A stretch of 64,000 nt of DNA from an uncultured Chloroflexia bacterium (GTDB lineage Bacteria; Chloroflexota; Anaerolineae; CG2-30-64-16): contig CAVZDU010000002.1 of the NCBI GenBank assembly GCA_963774265.1, forward strand, positions 672,001-736,000. Direction: 5' to 3'. The notes beneath the pieces were generated by a model that made no database searches, was not told where the DNA came from, and was given only the letters and a program-made list of their open reading frames with translations. Both the position numbers and the translations under genes were made by a program. Of the stretch, positions 1 to 8,637 are shown one piece after another (position 1 is the first letter of the stretch; every line of letters starts with the position of its first letter).

Positions 1-221
1 TGCTGGCCATGATCAAACGGCGCGCCCGGCAGGCCGGACTGCCGGAGACGACCTGCTGCCACACCTTCCGGGCTACCGGCATTACGACCTACCTGCAGAA
101 TGGTGGTACAATTGAGCATGCCCAGCAGATCGCGAACCACGAGTCGCCGCGCACGACCAAGCTGTATGACCGCACCAACGATGCGATCAGCCTGGATGAG
201 ATCGAGCGGATCCTGATCTAG
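1..221 (+). CDS. Tyrosine recombinase/integrase, C-terminal part (gene begins left of window)
   Basis: HTFRATG (H-x-x-R), HESPRTTKLYDR (second His and catalytic Tyr) box II motifs. Confidence 0.9.
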   Translation, partial: LAMIKRRARQAGLPETTCCHTFRATGITTYLQNGGTIEHAQQIANHESPRTTKLYDRTNDAISLDEIERILI

Positions 222-373
222 GCGTTGGCGCTGGGGGCCGCGCAGCAGCTATTCACTGCAATAAGTGCCTCCAGGTCAACAGATGCCGAAGTCCGCGGGA
301 GAATGAGTAGTTGGGCAGGGCACCGCGAGTCGCTGAAGCAAGCGCCACATCGAAAACGCTGTAGGGGGGAGCG

Positions 374-787
374 ATGAACACAAACAAACAGACCGCCGGA
401 GTGGACGTGAGAGTGAAGCTCACGATGCTGTGGGTATTCGTGCTGTTCAATATGGCCTATGCAGACATTCTCTCCTTGATGGACCCTACTTCGGCGATTC
501 GCGCAAGGATGGCGGGGACTCCGATCACTCCGGGATTCCTGCTGGCAGGCGCGGTACTGATGGAGACGGCGATCGCCATGGTCGTCCTGTGTTGGGTATT
601 GCCGTACAAGGCGAATCGCTGGGTGAACATCATCGTGGCCGCAGTGAACATACTTGCTGTCGTGACTGGCGGACACGGCCTTTACTATGCATTCTTCGCG
701 ATCGTCGAAGTCGTCTGCATGTTGCTGATCGTCTGGTTTGCATGGACATGGAAGCCAGCCGCTGAACGCAGTACCGGGAGTCAGTAG
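374..787 (+). CDS. Four-TM membrane protein, DUF6326-like
   Basis: KLTMLWVFVLFNMAYADIL N-terminus, hydrophobic helices, GGGGGAG RBS. Confidence 0.7.
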   Translation: MNTNKQTAGVDVRVKLTMLWVFVLFNMAYADILSLMDPTSAIRARMAGTPITPGFLLAGAVLMETAIAMVVLCWVLPYKANRWVNIIVAAVNILAVVTGGHGLYYAFFAIVEVVCMLLIVWFAWTWKPAAERSTGSQ

Positions 788-810
788 TCCTCCGGCCACA
801 GGTAATGCCT

Positions 811-874
811 GCCCAACAAGCGCATCGAGCGGAGCCGCGCGCAAACGGGGCGCTGCATACGCCGCCCGTTGGGC
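811..874 (+). other. attC-like integron cassette recombination site
   Basis: GCCCAAC ... GTTGGGC (RYYYAAC/GTTRRRY), 64 bp, imperfect inner arms gcgcatcgagcg / cgctgcatacgc, 23 bp after a stop codon. Confidence 0.55.
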
Positions 875-1079
875 GACCAGATGACTTGCACCAGCGCTCT
901 TGCAGCAGCGTCGCGCAAGCCCCCGGCGGCCCCTGCGCAGGGCGCTTAGTTCAATTACCCATTAGGAGAAGAAAACGCGCCAGCGGTGGCCGGTTTGCGT
1001 CATCTAAGGTTCCGCTAAGGGGTTCTTAGGGGAAGTTGACTAGTGGATACCGACCTTGCACTGGATGGAGGTGGAGATT

Positions 1080-1634
1080 ATGCCGACCGAACTGGTCATC
1101 GCTGTGATTTCCGGACTGGTTGCAATAGTGGGTTCTTTCTTCATTGCGATCTACCAGTCCCGAGTCGAATTTCGGAAACTGGCGAGACAAGTTGAGGAGA
1201 AGTACGCAAGCTCGCTATTCGACAAACGGTTGACGGTCTACCCACCGCTGTATAGCACCCTCAGTCGGTTGACTAGTGCGATCGAAACCAATACTCAAAC
1301 CACGGAACAGGTTAAGCAGTTCCAGGATCAGTTTGAGAATTGGCTCTCTTCCAATGCTATCTTTGTGACACCGACGACCGCAACGATGGTCTGGGGTTAC
1401 CGCGCCTATCTTCTCAACCTCATGGAGACTTTCGAAGATGAACCTATTCCGGAAGAACGGTGGGTAGAGATTAGGAACCTGAATGTTGTAATAGGAAAGT
1501 TCTTGCGGGCAGAGCTGGGTGTATTTAGCACCCAGCCAGCAGGAACACCTGAGCTTGAATCGCCGCACGTGAGTGAGATGATTGAACGGTTGAGCCAAGA
1601 GAGCGGGAAACGGCGTTCTCGTTTCGGATACTAG
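1080..1634 (+). CDS. Hypothetical protein with N-terminal TM helix
   Basis: Open frame with GGAG RBS before ATG 1080, lower GC, N-terminal hydrophobic segment. Confidence 0.7.
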   Translation: MPTELVIAVISGLVAIVGSFFIAIYQSRVEFRKLARQVEEKYASSLFDKRLTVYPPLYSTLSRLTSAIETNTQTTEQVKQFQDQFENWLSSNAIFVTPTTATMVWGYRAYLLNLMETFEDEPIPEERWVEIRNLNVVIGKFLRAELGVFSTQPAGTPELESPHVSEMIERLSQESGKRRSRFGY

Positions 1635-1841
1635 GCGTTACGTTTGGACTTCGTGGTAAGAATCACCTGGTGTTTATGAAGAGGTAGATGTTCGCCCTCC
1701 ACCATGAGACCACCACTCTTGTTACCGGCCAGCTAGTCTGTTGCTTGTCAACCCTCAACTTTTTCTAACACTATCGGTCTATCAACACCCCCTTCTATAA
1801 CACCTCGCGTCCTGTCATTTTCAAAACCCGTGGCGAAGTTA

Positions 1842-1870
1842 TTGACAGATCGTGCCCGTTCTCCTACAAT
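1842..1870 (+). promoter_or_regulatory. Sigma70-type promoter for the radical SAM gene
   Basis: TTGACA-17 bp-TACAAT. Confidence 0.7.
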
Positions 1871-1876
1871 GCCGCA

Positions 1877-1943
1877 GGCTTCGGCTGCTTCGCCAACCGC
1901 CGCGTCAACGACGAAGAGACCGCGGTGCGCCAGATCGTCCGCA
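1877..1943 (+). repeat. Direct repeat copy A (3' fragment of metE-like gene)
   Basis: Matches 3355..3430 with one substitution and lacks one 9-bp cgccagatc unit. Confidence 0.9.
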
Positions 1944-1956
1944 CAGGGAAACCCGC

Positions 1957-3243
1957 ATGAGAATCGAATTCATCACCGCCGAGGCGCCTCTGACGCGCGA
2001 GCTTCGCCGCGGGGAATTCATCCGCTTCCCGCAGCTGACCATGCCGCTGCTGGCCGCGCTCACCCCGTCTGATGTCGAGGTGCACCACACCGACGAGATC
2101 ATTTCGGAGGTGGACTTCTCCCGGCCCGGCCGATCTCGTCGCCATCACCACGCAGCACGCCGGCCGCGCCGCATGCATACGAAATCAGCCGGCGCTTCCG
2201 AGAGCGGGCCGTGCCTGTCGTGCTCGGCGGACCGCATCCTACGCTGCTGCCGGCCGAGGCACAGATGCACGCGGACGCAGTGGTCGTCGGCGAGGCGGAG
2301 GAGACGTGGCCCCTGCTGATCGAGGACTTCCGGCAAGGCCGCATGCAGCCGCTCTACCGGGCCGCAGCGGCCCCCGACACTGGCGCACCTCCCGCACCCG
2401 CGGCGCGACCTGCTTGAGGGCCGCTGGTACTCGAAGGGCGTGCTTATCGCCAGCCGCGGCTGCCCCTACTCCTGCGAGTATTGCACGCTGCCCTTGTTGT
2501 ACGACCGGACGATGCGGTTCCGGCCGGTCGAAGAGGTTGCCGAAGAGGTGGCGGCCATTCCGGGGAGACCCATCGTCTTCTGGGACGACAACCTCGCAGC
2601 CGACCCGGCGTACGCCAAGGCGCTGTTCAAGGCCATCGCGCCCTACAGGAAGTGGTGGACCGCACAGGCGACAGTAGGTGTCGCCGACGACGAGGAGTTG
2701 CTGCGTTTGGCGGCAGAGAGCGGGTGCAAGGCTTTTTTCCTGGGGCTAGAGTCCTTCTCGCAGGCGAGCCTGGACGGCACGAACAAGCCCTTCAACCAGG
2801 TGAAGAAGTACCGCGACGTGGTCACCAGGCTGCACGGCTACGGCATCGCGGTGCAGGCAGGCATCATGCTCGGCTTCGACCAGGACGGCCCGGACGTGTT
2901 CGACCGGACACTCGAGGCGGCGACGCGCGTCGGGATCGACAACGCGACGATCAGCCTGGTCGTGCCCTTCCCCGGTACCCGGCTCTTTGCCCGGCTCGAA
3001 AACGAGGGGCGCATCCTCACGCGTGACTGGGCGAAGTACAACGGTAAGACGGACGTGGTGTTTTGCCCGAAGCTGCTGACGCCGGACCAGCTCCAGGCCG
3101 GATTCGAGCGCGTGCGGCGGGAGTTCTACTCGTGGGGCAACATCTGGACGCGACTGTCAAGCTCGCGGACCGGGCTCGAGTGGAACGTGTTGCGGAATGT
3201 GGGCTTCCACCGGGCGATCAACGGACACAGCAAGGGCGGCTGA
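1957..3243 (+). CDS. B12-binding domain radical SAM protein (three apparent frameshifts, ~2125-2390)
   Basis: PQLTMPLLAALTP, VVLGGPHPT, VVVGEAE, then SRGCPYSCEYC (CxxxCxxC), spread over three frames that return to the original frame. Confidence 0.85.
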
Positions 3244-3266
3244 ACGGCGCACGCCTCGGCGGCACG

Positions 3267-3460
3267 GTGCTGACCGAGATCGTCTTCTTGCAGGAGAACG
3301 TATGCCGAGGCAATTGGAGCCGGCTGGAGCAAGTCCTGCTTGAGCCCAGACAGCGGCTTCGGCTGCTTCGCCAACCGCTGCGTCAACGACGAAGAGACCG
3401 CGGTGCGCCAGATCCGCCAGATCGTCCGCAGCGCGCAGATCCTGCGCGATCGGTACGCCT
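3267..3460 (+). pseudogene. Internally deleted remnant of cobalamin-independent methionine synthase II (MetE C-terminal-like) gene
   Basis: Normally distant motifs VLTEIVF, VCRGNWSR and SPDSGFGCFANRCVN are juxtaposed; no start codon or RBS. Confidence 0.6.
3355..3430 (+). repeat. Direct repeat copy B
   Basis: ggcttcggctgcttcgccaaccgc...cagatcgtccgca, same as 1877..1943. Confidence 0.9.
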
Positions 3461-3478
3461 GGCGGGTCGGCCGGTTCT

Positions 3479-3763
3479 CTATCCGCAACTCGGCGTTGAC
3501 TGGCGAAGGAGCGCGGCGCGGAACATGGCCGCGGCGCAACCGACGCCGCTCTCTACACGGATGGCGCCTTCCGGGCAGTTCACCTGGCAGGCGCCGCATT
3601 CCATACACGCCTCGGGCCGGACCAACTGCACCGCCCGGCCGTCCCGGGCGCCCCGACCGTTGCGGGCGAACACGCCATGCGGGCAGACGGCAAGGCACAT
3701 CCCGCAGCCGTTGCACGACGCCGGGTCGAACTGCAGTGTATTGGCTATCGATACGTCGAACAT
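3479..3763 (-). CDS. hgcB: Mercury methylation ferredoxin HgcB (2x[4Fe-4S])
   Basis: CNGCGMCLAVCP and CMECGACQVNCP (diagnostic C(M/I)ECGA), SGVGCAAA; ATG overlaps the hgcA stop (TGATG); 94 aa. Confidence 0.92.
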   Translation of the reverse strand: MFDVSIANTLQFDPASCNGCGMCLAVCPHGVFARNGRGARDGRAVQLVRPEACMECGACQVNCPEGAIRVESGVGCAAAMFRAALLRQSTPSCG

Positions 3764-4781
3764 CACGCGCCTCCCCAAAGCTTGATCACGGCCCCGACCA
3801 GCATCAGCACCAGGCCGCCCCCGAACATCCCTGCCATGATCGGCGCATATGCAAATATCTCGCGGCGCACGCCGGTCCGCGAGGTAAAGGTCGTGGAGCC
3901 GGTGAAGTTCAGCGCCACGAATGCGGTCACCGCCGGCCAGATCAGCACTTGCGACAGCGCCTTGGCCGTGCGCAGCCACCACGTCAGGTCGGCGTTGTGT
4001 TGGAAGACCAGCAGGGCAAAGGGCAGCGCCACCAGGAAGCCGACGATGAACCCCTTCGTACTGAAGTCGTGGGTGGGTATCCAAGGTAACACGATAGGGA
4101 ACAACACGATACCCGCAAGAATGGCAGTCGCCGCGGCTGTCAAGGACAACCAGCCGCCGAGCAGATAGGCGACGGCCATGGCAATGGCGAGCGGCAGAAG
4201 GCCGCCGACAATATCCACCGGGATGACGACCAGGCGGTCGGTCAGGTTGAAGCGCACCCGGCGCATTTCCGGCGTTGCATGATGGGTCTTCAGGTACTCC
4301 GGCAGATCGGCTGCCCGCACCGGGCCATATTCGACCCTGAAACCGGTGCGCTGCTTGACCTCGTGTGCGGCGATGCCGGGCGCACCCAGTTGCGGCAGGA
4401 TCAGCGTGCGGTGGTTGACGATGTCCCGCAGTCCGGACGCCTCCACCTGGCGCACCAGCTCGTCTGTGCCGAAAGTGCCTTTGCCCGCGGCGCACCACAC
4501 ATTGACGCCCTGGGTGTCGAGGACCAGGATGTAGGCATCTCTTTCGATCAGAGCCGAGCGCAGCGCGTCGAAGCTCAACGTATAGTTGGCCGTGACGAAG
4601 ACCGGGGCCGTCAGATCAGGCTGCCCAAGGACGTACAAGCCCGGCTCGATCCGGTGCCCGCCCCGGTTGACCCCCAGCGCGCCAGCCAATGATCCCGGTG
4701 GTCCGCCGCTGTGAGCCGGCTGCTGGTCGAGCGGACAGCCGGCTGTTGCGAGAGGCTAGTGCCCTCCAAGTTCAGCGTCAT
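3763..4781 (-). CDS. hgcA: Mercury methylation corrinoid protein HgcA (one frameshift in G run at 4671-4675)
   Basis: Cap-helix motif NVWCAAGK (4480-4503), VTANY, PQLGAPG, C-terminal TM helices ending NFTGSTTFTS; ATG 4781 with AAGGAGG RBS; one added G gives 339 aa. Confidence 0.95.
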
Positions 4782-4842
4782 CCTTTTCCTCCTTCAAAGC
4801 GAGAGGGAGCGCATGGGTGTGCCCCCTCGGCCATGCCCGCGG

Positions 4843-5298
4843 CTACGCCGCGCAGCAATTGTTCGCCAACTTCTCGACGGTTGCCGTCAGCCGATCCAGC
4901 ATTCCCACGATGGCGGTTTGTTCGCTCTCAGAGTAGCCGGTAAAGGCCTCCGACAGAAGCTGCCGCTTACTTTGCTGCACACGTTCGGCGGTGGCCTGAC
5001 CCTGGGCGCTGAGCGCCACCCGGACGATCCGGCGATCCTCGGGGGCCGGCCGGCGTTCCACCAGCCCTTTTTCGACGAGCGCATCCGCCATGCGGGTCAT
5101 CGTCGTGCCATGCAGTCGCATCGCCGCGGCAAAGTCATTCATCGTTAGTGCACCAGCCTCCTGCAAGGTCAACAAGGCGTAGGCCTGCGACACGGTGAGG
5201 TCACAGCACGTCACGAGGGCACGGTCGCAACACTCGAGGTTGCGCTGCAACCGGCGCGTCAGACGATCCAACTGGTCGAGCATGATTTCTTCGGGCAT
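4843..5298 (-). CDS. MarR family regulator with three Cys-Cys pairs
   Basis: LTVSQAYAL, TMTRMADALVEKGLVERR, EDRR wHTH signature; ECCD, TCCD, NCCAA. Confidence 0.9.
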   Translation of the reverse strand: MPEEIMLDQLDRLTRRLQRNLECCDRALVTCCDLTVSQAYALLTLQEAGALTMNDFAAAMRLHGTTMTRMADALVEKGLVERRPAPEDRRIVRVALSAQGQATAERVQQSKRQLLSEAFTGYSESEQTAIVGMLDRLTATVEKLANNCCAA

Positions 5299-5319
5299 GG
5301 ACGGGCACCTGCCTTATAT

Positions 5320-5365
5320 ATATGTATATTACAGATAGTGTAACTCACATACAAGGAGTTGTCAA
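5320..5365 (-). promoter_or_regulatory. Promoter of marR-hgcA-hgcB with palindromic operator
   Basis: TTGACA(5365-5360)-17 bp-TACACT(5342-5337), immediately followed by imperfect palindrome ATCTGTA-ATA-TACATAT (5336-5320). Confidence 0.7.
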
Positions 5366-6922
5366 GAACACGCAGTTCTCTCTCGCAGGGCGACTTCATG
5401 TTGCAGCAACGAGCACGCACCGGCAGTCAAACCTGCGCCTACGGCGGCAAAACCGAGTTGCGTCAACTGTGTCTGTCTGCTGGAGGTCAAGTTTTGCTCG
5501 TATCCTGCAACTCCCGCTGCCAGATCGTGGGCAGGCCCTCACAATGAAATCGCCTGGACCAGGGGCAGGTATATGCGCTGGGGGTGCTCAGGACGGCAGG
5601 TCGACCAGTAGGGGTTGCAGCCTCGCTCCCCCGCGATGAACCATCCCGTTGCGCCCACATGCAGGCGATTGAAGTACTCCCACTCAAAGCCCGTCGTCAG
5701 GCCGTCGGCCGGCGCGGCCACGATGCCCTTGCCGTTTCCGTTCGTTGCCGTGGCCTGGATCGCGCGCAATTGGGCGAGAAAGTACTGAGCATTCGTGCCA
5801 TCACCAAGCATGCTGTAGCCAACAACCATCTGCCCCGTGCCTTCGGGCCATGGCATATCCCGATCGTCATTGAAATCGAAGCCGTCATAGCCGTTCCAGG
5901 ATGTCCGGTGATGGGATTCGGCGTACGCTATGGCCTCGCGCGTGCGGTCATTGGGTCCGAAGGCGAGGAGCGCCCAGGCTTGTGAATCCAGTGGAATGGT
6001 CTGCTCGTTGATCGTCACACCATCGTCAAGGGTGCCGGCCCAGTAATGCCCAGGCGCGCCAGGCTGCCACATCGCCTCGACGAAATCACGCGCATGCTGC
6101 GCCCGCAACTGCCACGCCGCCTGGTCGGTGAGCACATGGAGCCGCGAGAAGGCAGCGTAGAGATCCAGGTTGTGTTCCGTGGCTTTCCACATTTCCTTCC
6201 GAGGGTTCGGCTCCCAGCCGGCGTAACCACCCGTGTAGCCTCCCGCGCCGCGACTGTCGTATGTGTTGGCCTCGATCCAATCCCCGAGGCGGATGGCAGC
6301 GCCCAGGTACTTGTCGCCGCCAAACTCTTCATAGTAGTTCAGCAGCGCGATCATCGCCCAGGCCAGGTTGCCAGTGTGGGACCCCACGCATTCAGCGTTC
6401 TCTTCCCAGCGTTGCAGCTCGTTCCACCAACCGCTCATGCGCGCCGAGCCGAACCGGCCGTGTGGTTGCCAACCAGGGGGCGATATCAGATCGCCTCCCT
6501 GGTAGCCATCGCGCAGCCGGCCGTCCGCATACCAGCGATCGTGATCCTGCGCATAGACGAGCGCATCGGCCAGAAGGGTAGCCCGCCTTTCGTCGCCGGC
6601 AGCAATGAACGCGTTCAAAGCCAGGGCGTTGTCGTAAACGTACGCGACATTGCGCTGCTGCCGATCGAAACCCGCGGTCGATGGGATGGTCCGGTAGCTC
6701 ACCAGCAGCCGCAGTTCATCAGGCCGCGGTTCGTCATATCTGATGTCGTCGAGAAAGAAGGCGATGCTGCGATTGCCGTTTTGCGGGGCATTGGTCACCC
6801 AGCCGAAGCCACCGATGACGTACTGCAGGTTCAGTCCGCCGAGGTCGATCGTGTACTGCTGCCAATCGTTCGAAAGGGTGATAAAGCACGGCGAGATCAG
6901 CCGGCCGCATGGGGTGACCTTA

Positions 6923-7863
6923 GTATCTATCCGAAAACTGCCATGTCGCATAGGATGCTGGCGCAAGCCAGCTGGACGAAGGCCAGCCAGTTGCTGGACT
7001 TCTTGCACCAGCGGGTGCGCAGGCTGCGCCGCTTGACCAGCCAGCTCAGCGTGCGTTCGACTACCCAACGCCGGGCTGGGTAAGCCAGTTCACCCGGCAT
7101 TGGACACGGATCAGGCGGCTCGTTCTTCCGCCGCCGATGCTTGATGTGTGGTACGTAGCCTTGGCTCAGCACGACATCGAACACGTCATCGTAGTCGTAG
7201 CCCTTGTCAGCGCAGAAGTGCTGCTCGCTGGTCGGCCGCTTGACCACGATGTGGAACACCAAGTGCGCCACAGACCACTTGTCGTGTTGATTGGCGCCAC
7301 TGACGTGAAGCGCCAGTGGCGCACCCCGCTGATCGACCAGAATGTGGATCTTGGAGCCCAACTTGGCCCGATCCGTCGGGTTTTTGCCCGTATCGGAGCC
7401 ACCCAAGGGCGCAGCGCACGAGCGACTGTCGACCGCTTGCCACTGCCACTGGATGTGGCGCTCACGACCGTAGAACTTGACCAGCGTCTGGAAGACCTGG
7501 TCCCAGATGCCCTGCTCTTGCCAGGTCTGGAACCGCTCATGCAAGACGCTGCTCGACACGCCGAACCAATCGCGGTGGACCGCCTTCCACTGGCAGCCGG
7601 TCCACAACACGTACCAGATGCCGTTCAACACGGCCCGATTGCACACCCGTGGCCGGCCTGGCCGGCGCTGTTTTGGCTCGTGCGGCAAATGCCGTTTCAC
7701 TTTACGCCACAGGTTGCGTGGCACTTGGTGATAATTCGGCGTTTGCGGCTTTGTGGTAGTATGTCTGGGCAAGGTGCACCTCCGCTGTTTGTGAGTCTTT
7801 GACAACCCACTTATAGCGGAGTGCGCCTTTTGGCTCAACTCCTACAAGTTTTCGGATAGGTTC
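6923..7863 (-). mobile_element. IS5 family element (IS1031-like), 941 bp
   Basis: TIRs GTATCTATCCGAAAACT / GAACCTATCCGAAAACT; TTA target duplication at 6920-6922 and 7864-7866. Confidence 0.92.
6927..7838 (-). CDS. IS5 family transposase (start uncertain)
   Basis: NGIWYVLWTGCQW, AVDS, ADKGYD, RWVVERTLSWL DDE motifs. Confidence 0.93.
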   Translation of the reverse strand: MSQKAHSAISGLSKTHKQRRCTLPRHTTTKPQTPNYHQVPRNLWRKVKRHLPHEPKQRRPGRPRVCNRAVLNGIWYVLWTGCQWKAVHRDWFGVSSSVLHERFQTWQEQGIWDQVFQTLVKFYGRERHIQWQWQAVDSRSCAAPLGGSDTGKNPTDRAKLGSKIHILVDQRGAPLALHVSGANQHDKWSVAHLVFHIVVKRPTSEQHFCADKGYDYDDVFDVVLSQGYVPHIKHRRRKNEPPDPCPMPGELAYPARRWVVERTLSWLVKRRSLRTRWCKKSSNWLAFVQLACASILCDMAVFG

Positions 7864-8455
7864 TTAGGCGACGAGTCGGGGTAGGGCGCCACGGCGGCGT
7901 CTCCACTGCGGCCAACCCCAGACGCAAAGAACTCGACCCGCTCTCCGCCGGTCGCGCCGCGCACCCAGAAGGTGATCTGCGTGGCGCCTGACAGGTCATA
8001 ACCGGCGTCCGGGTAGTCGCCCCAGTTATCCCTCGGCGCGACATCGTTCCCCACTAGAACGCCGTTCTGGAAGACCCACCCTCCCCAATTGTCTCCCCTG
8101 GCGGTGAAGGTATTGCGAATCGCGGTCGCACCGGAATGCACAGTGCCGGTATGGGCATCATCAATGGTAACGTCGGAGCCTGTCATTGCGCGGCGTACGA
8201 AATGGTTGCCTGCCGATCCGACGTCTTCGTAGACCTCAAAGTAGTCCTGATGGTAGCGATCCATGACTTCGACGAGGTGTTGCTGTGCCAGATCGACCGG
8301 ATTGGCGGAAGGGGCACTGCCGGCGACCACGAGAAAGCCGCAAAGTACGAGCATCGCAGCAACCAGGATGACTCCGAGGAGTTGTTTGTACATAGTACAC
8401 GCAGCGCCTTAACAACGTGATCTCCGGGGGATCGCGGGTGACCGGGTTCCGAATT

Positions 8456-8515
8456 GCCACGAAGGCATTATCGCGCAGGGAAGCGCAATTGTGAAGCGGC
8501 GCGCGAAATCGGGTT
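8456..8515 (-). repeat. Promoter module copy 1 (short)
   Basis: TTCACA-17 bp-GATAAT on minus strand; homologous to 11291..11350 and 13770..13830. Confidence 0.75.
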
Positions 8516-8637
8516 CCTGTATAGCCAGTTGCCTACTACCCATTGGGGGGATCGGTGCCAGACGGTTTTCCTGCGGAGCAGGCAGCGCGGTGCACACGCG
8601 CCGCGTCGCCATGCTGCCCAATGACCCGGGGATCAGG

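Larger units (their letters stand above)
5539..8393 (-). pseudogene. Secreted protein (carbohydrate-binding-like domain + (alpha/alpha)6 glycosidase-like domain, IYLPLV tail) interrupted by IS5
   Basis: Removing 6923..7863 plus one TTA restores ...PDSSPK-VTPCG... in frame (~636 aa); signal peptide; YDNALA, KATEHNLD, PLDSQAW, WPEGTGQM motifs. Confidence 0.8.

Noticed and set aside
1-221. Integron integrase IntI
   Set aside because: C-terminal motifs look Xer/resolvase-like and the diagnostic region is outside the window
3763-4781. Ordinary acetyl-CoA synthase corrinoid subunit (CdhE/AcsC)
   Set aside because: Short length, NVWCAAGK cap helix, TM C-terminus and adjacent CMECGA ferredoxin indicate HgcA
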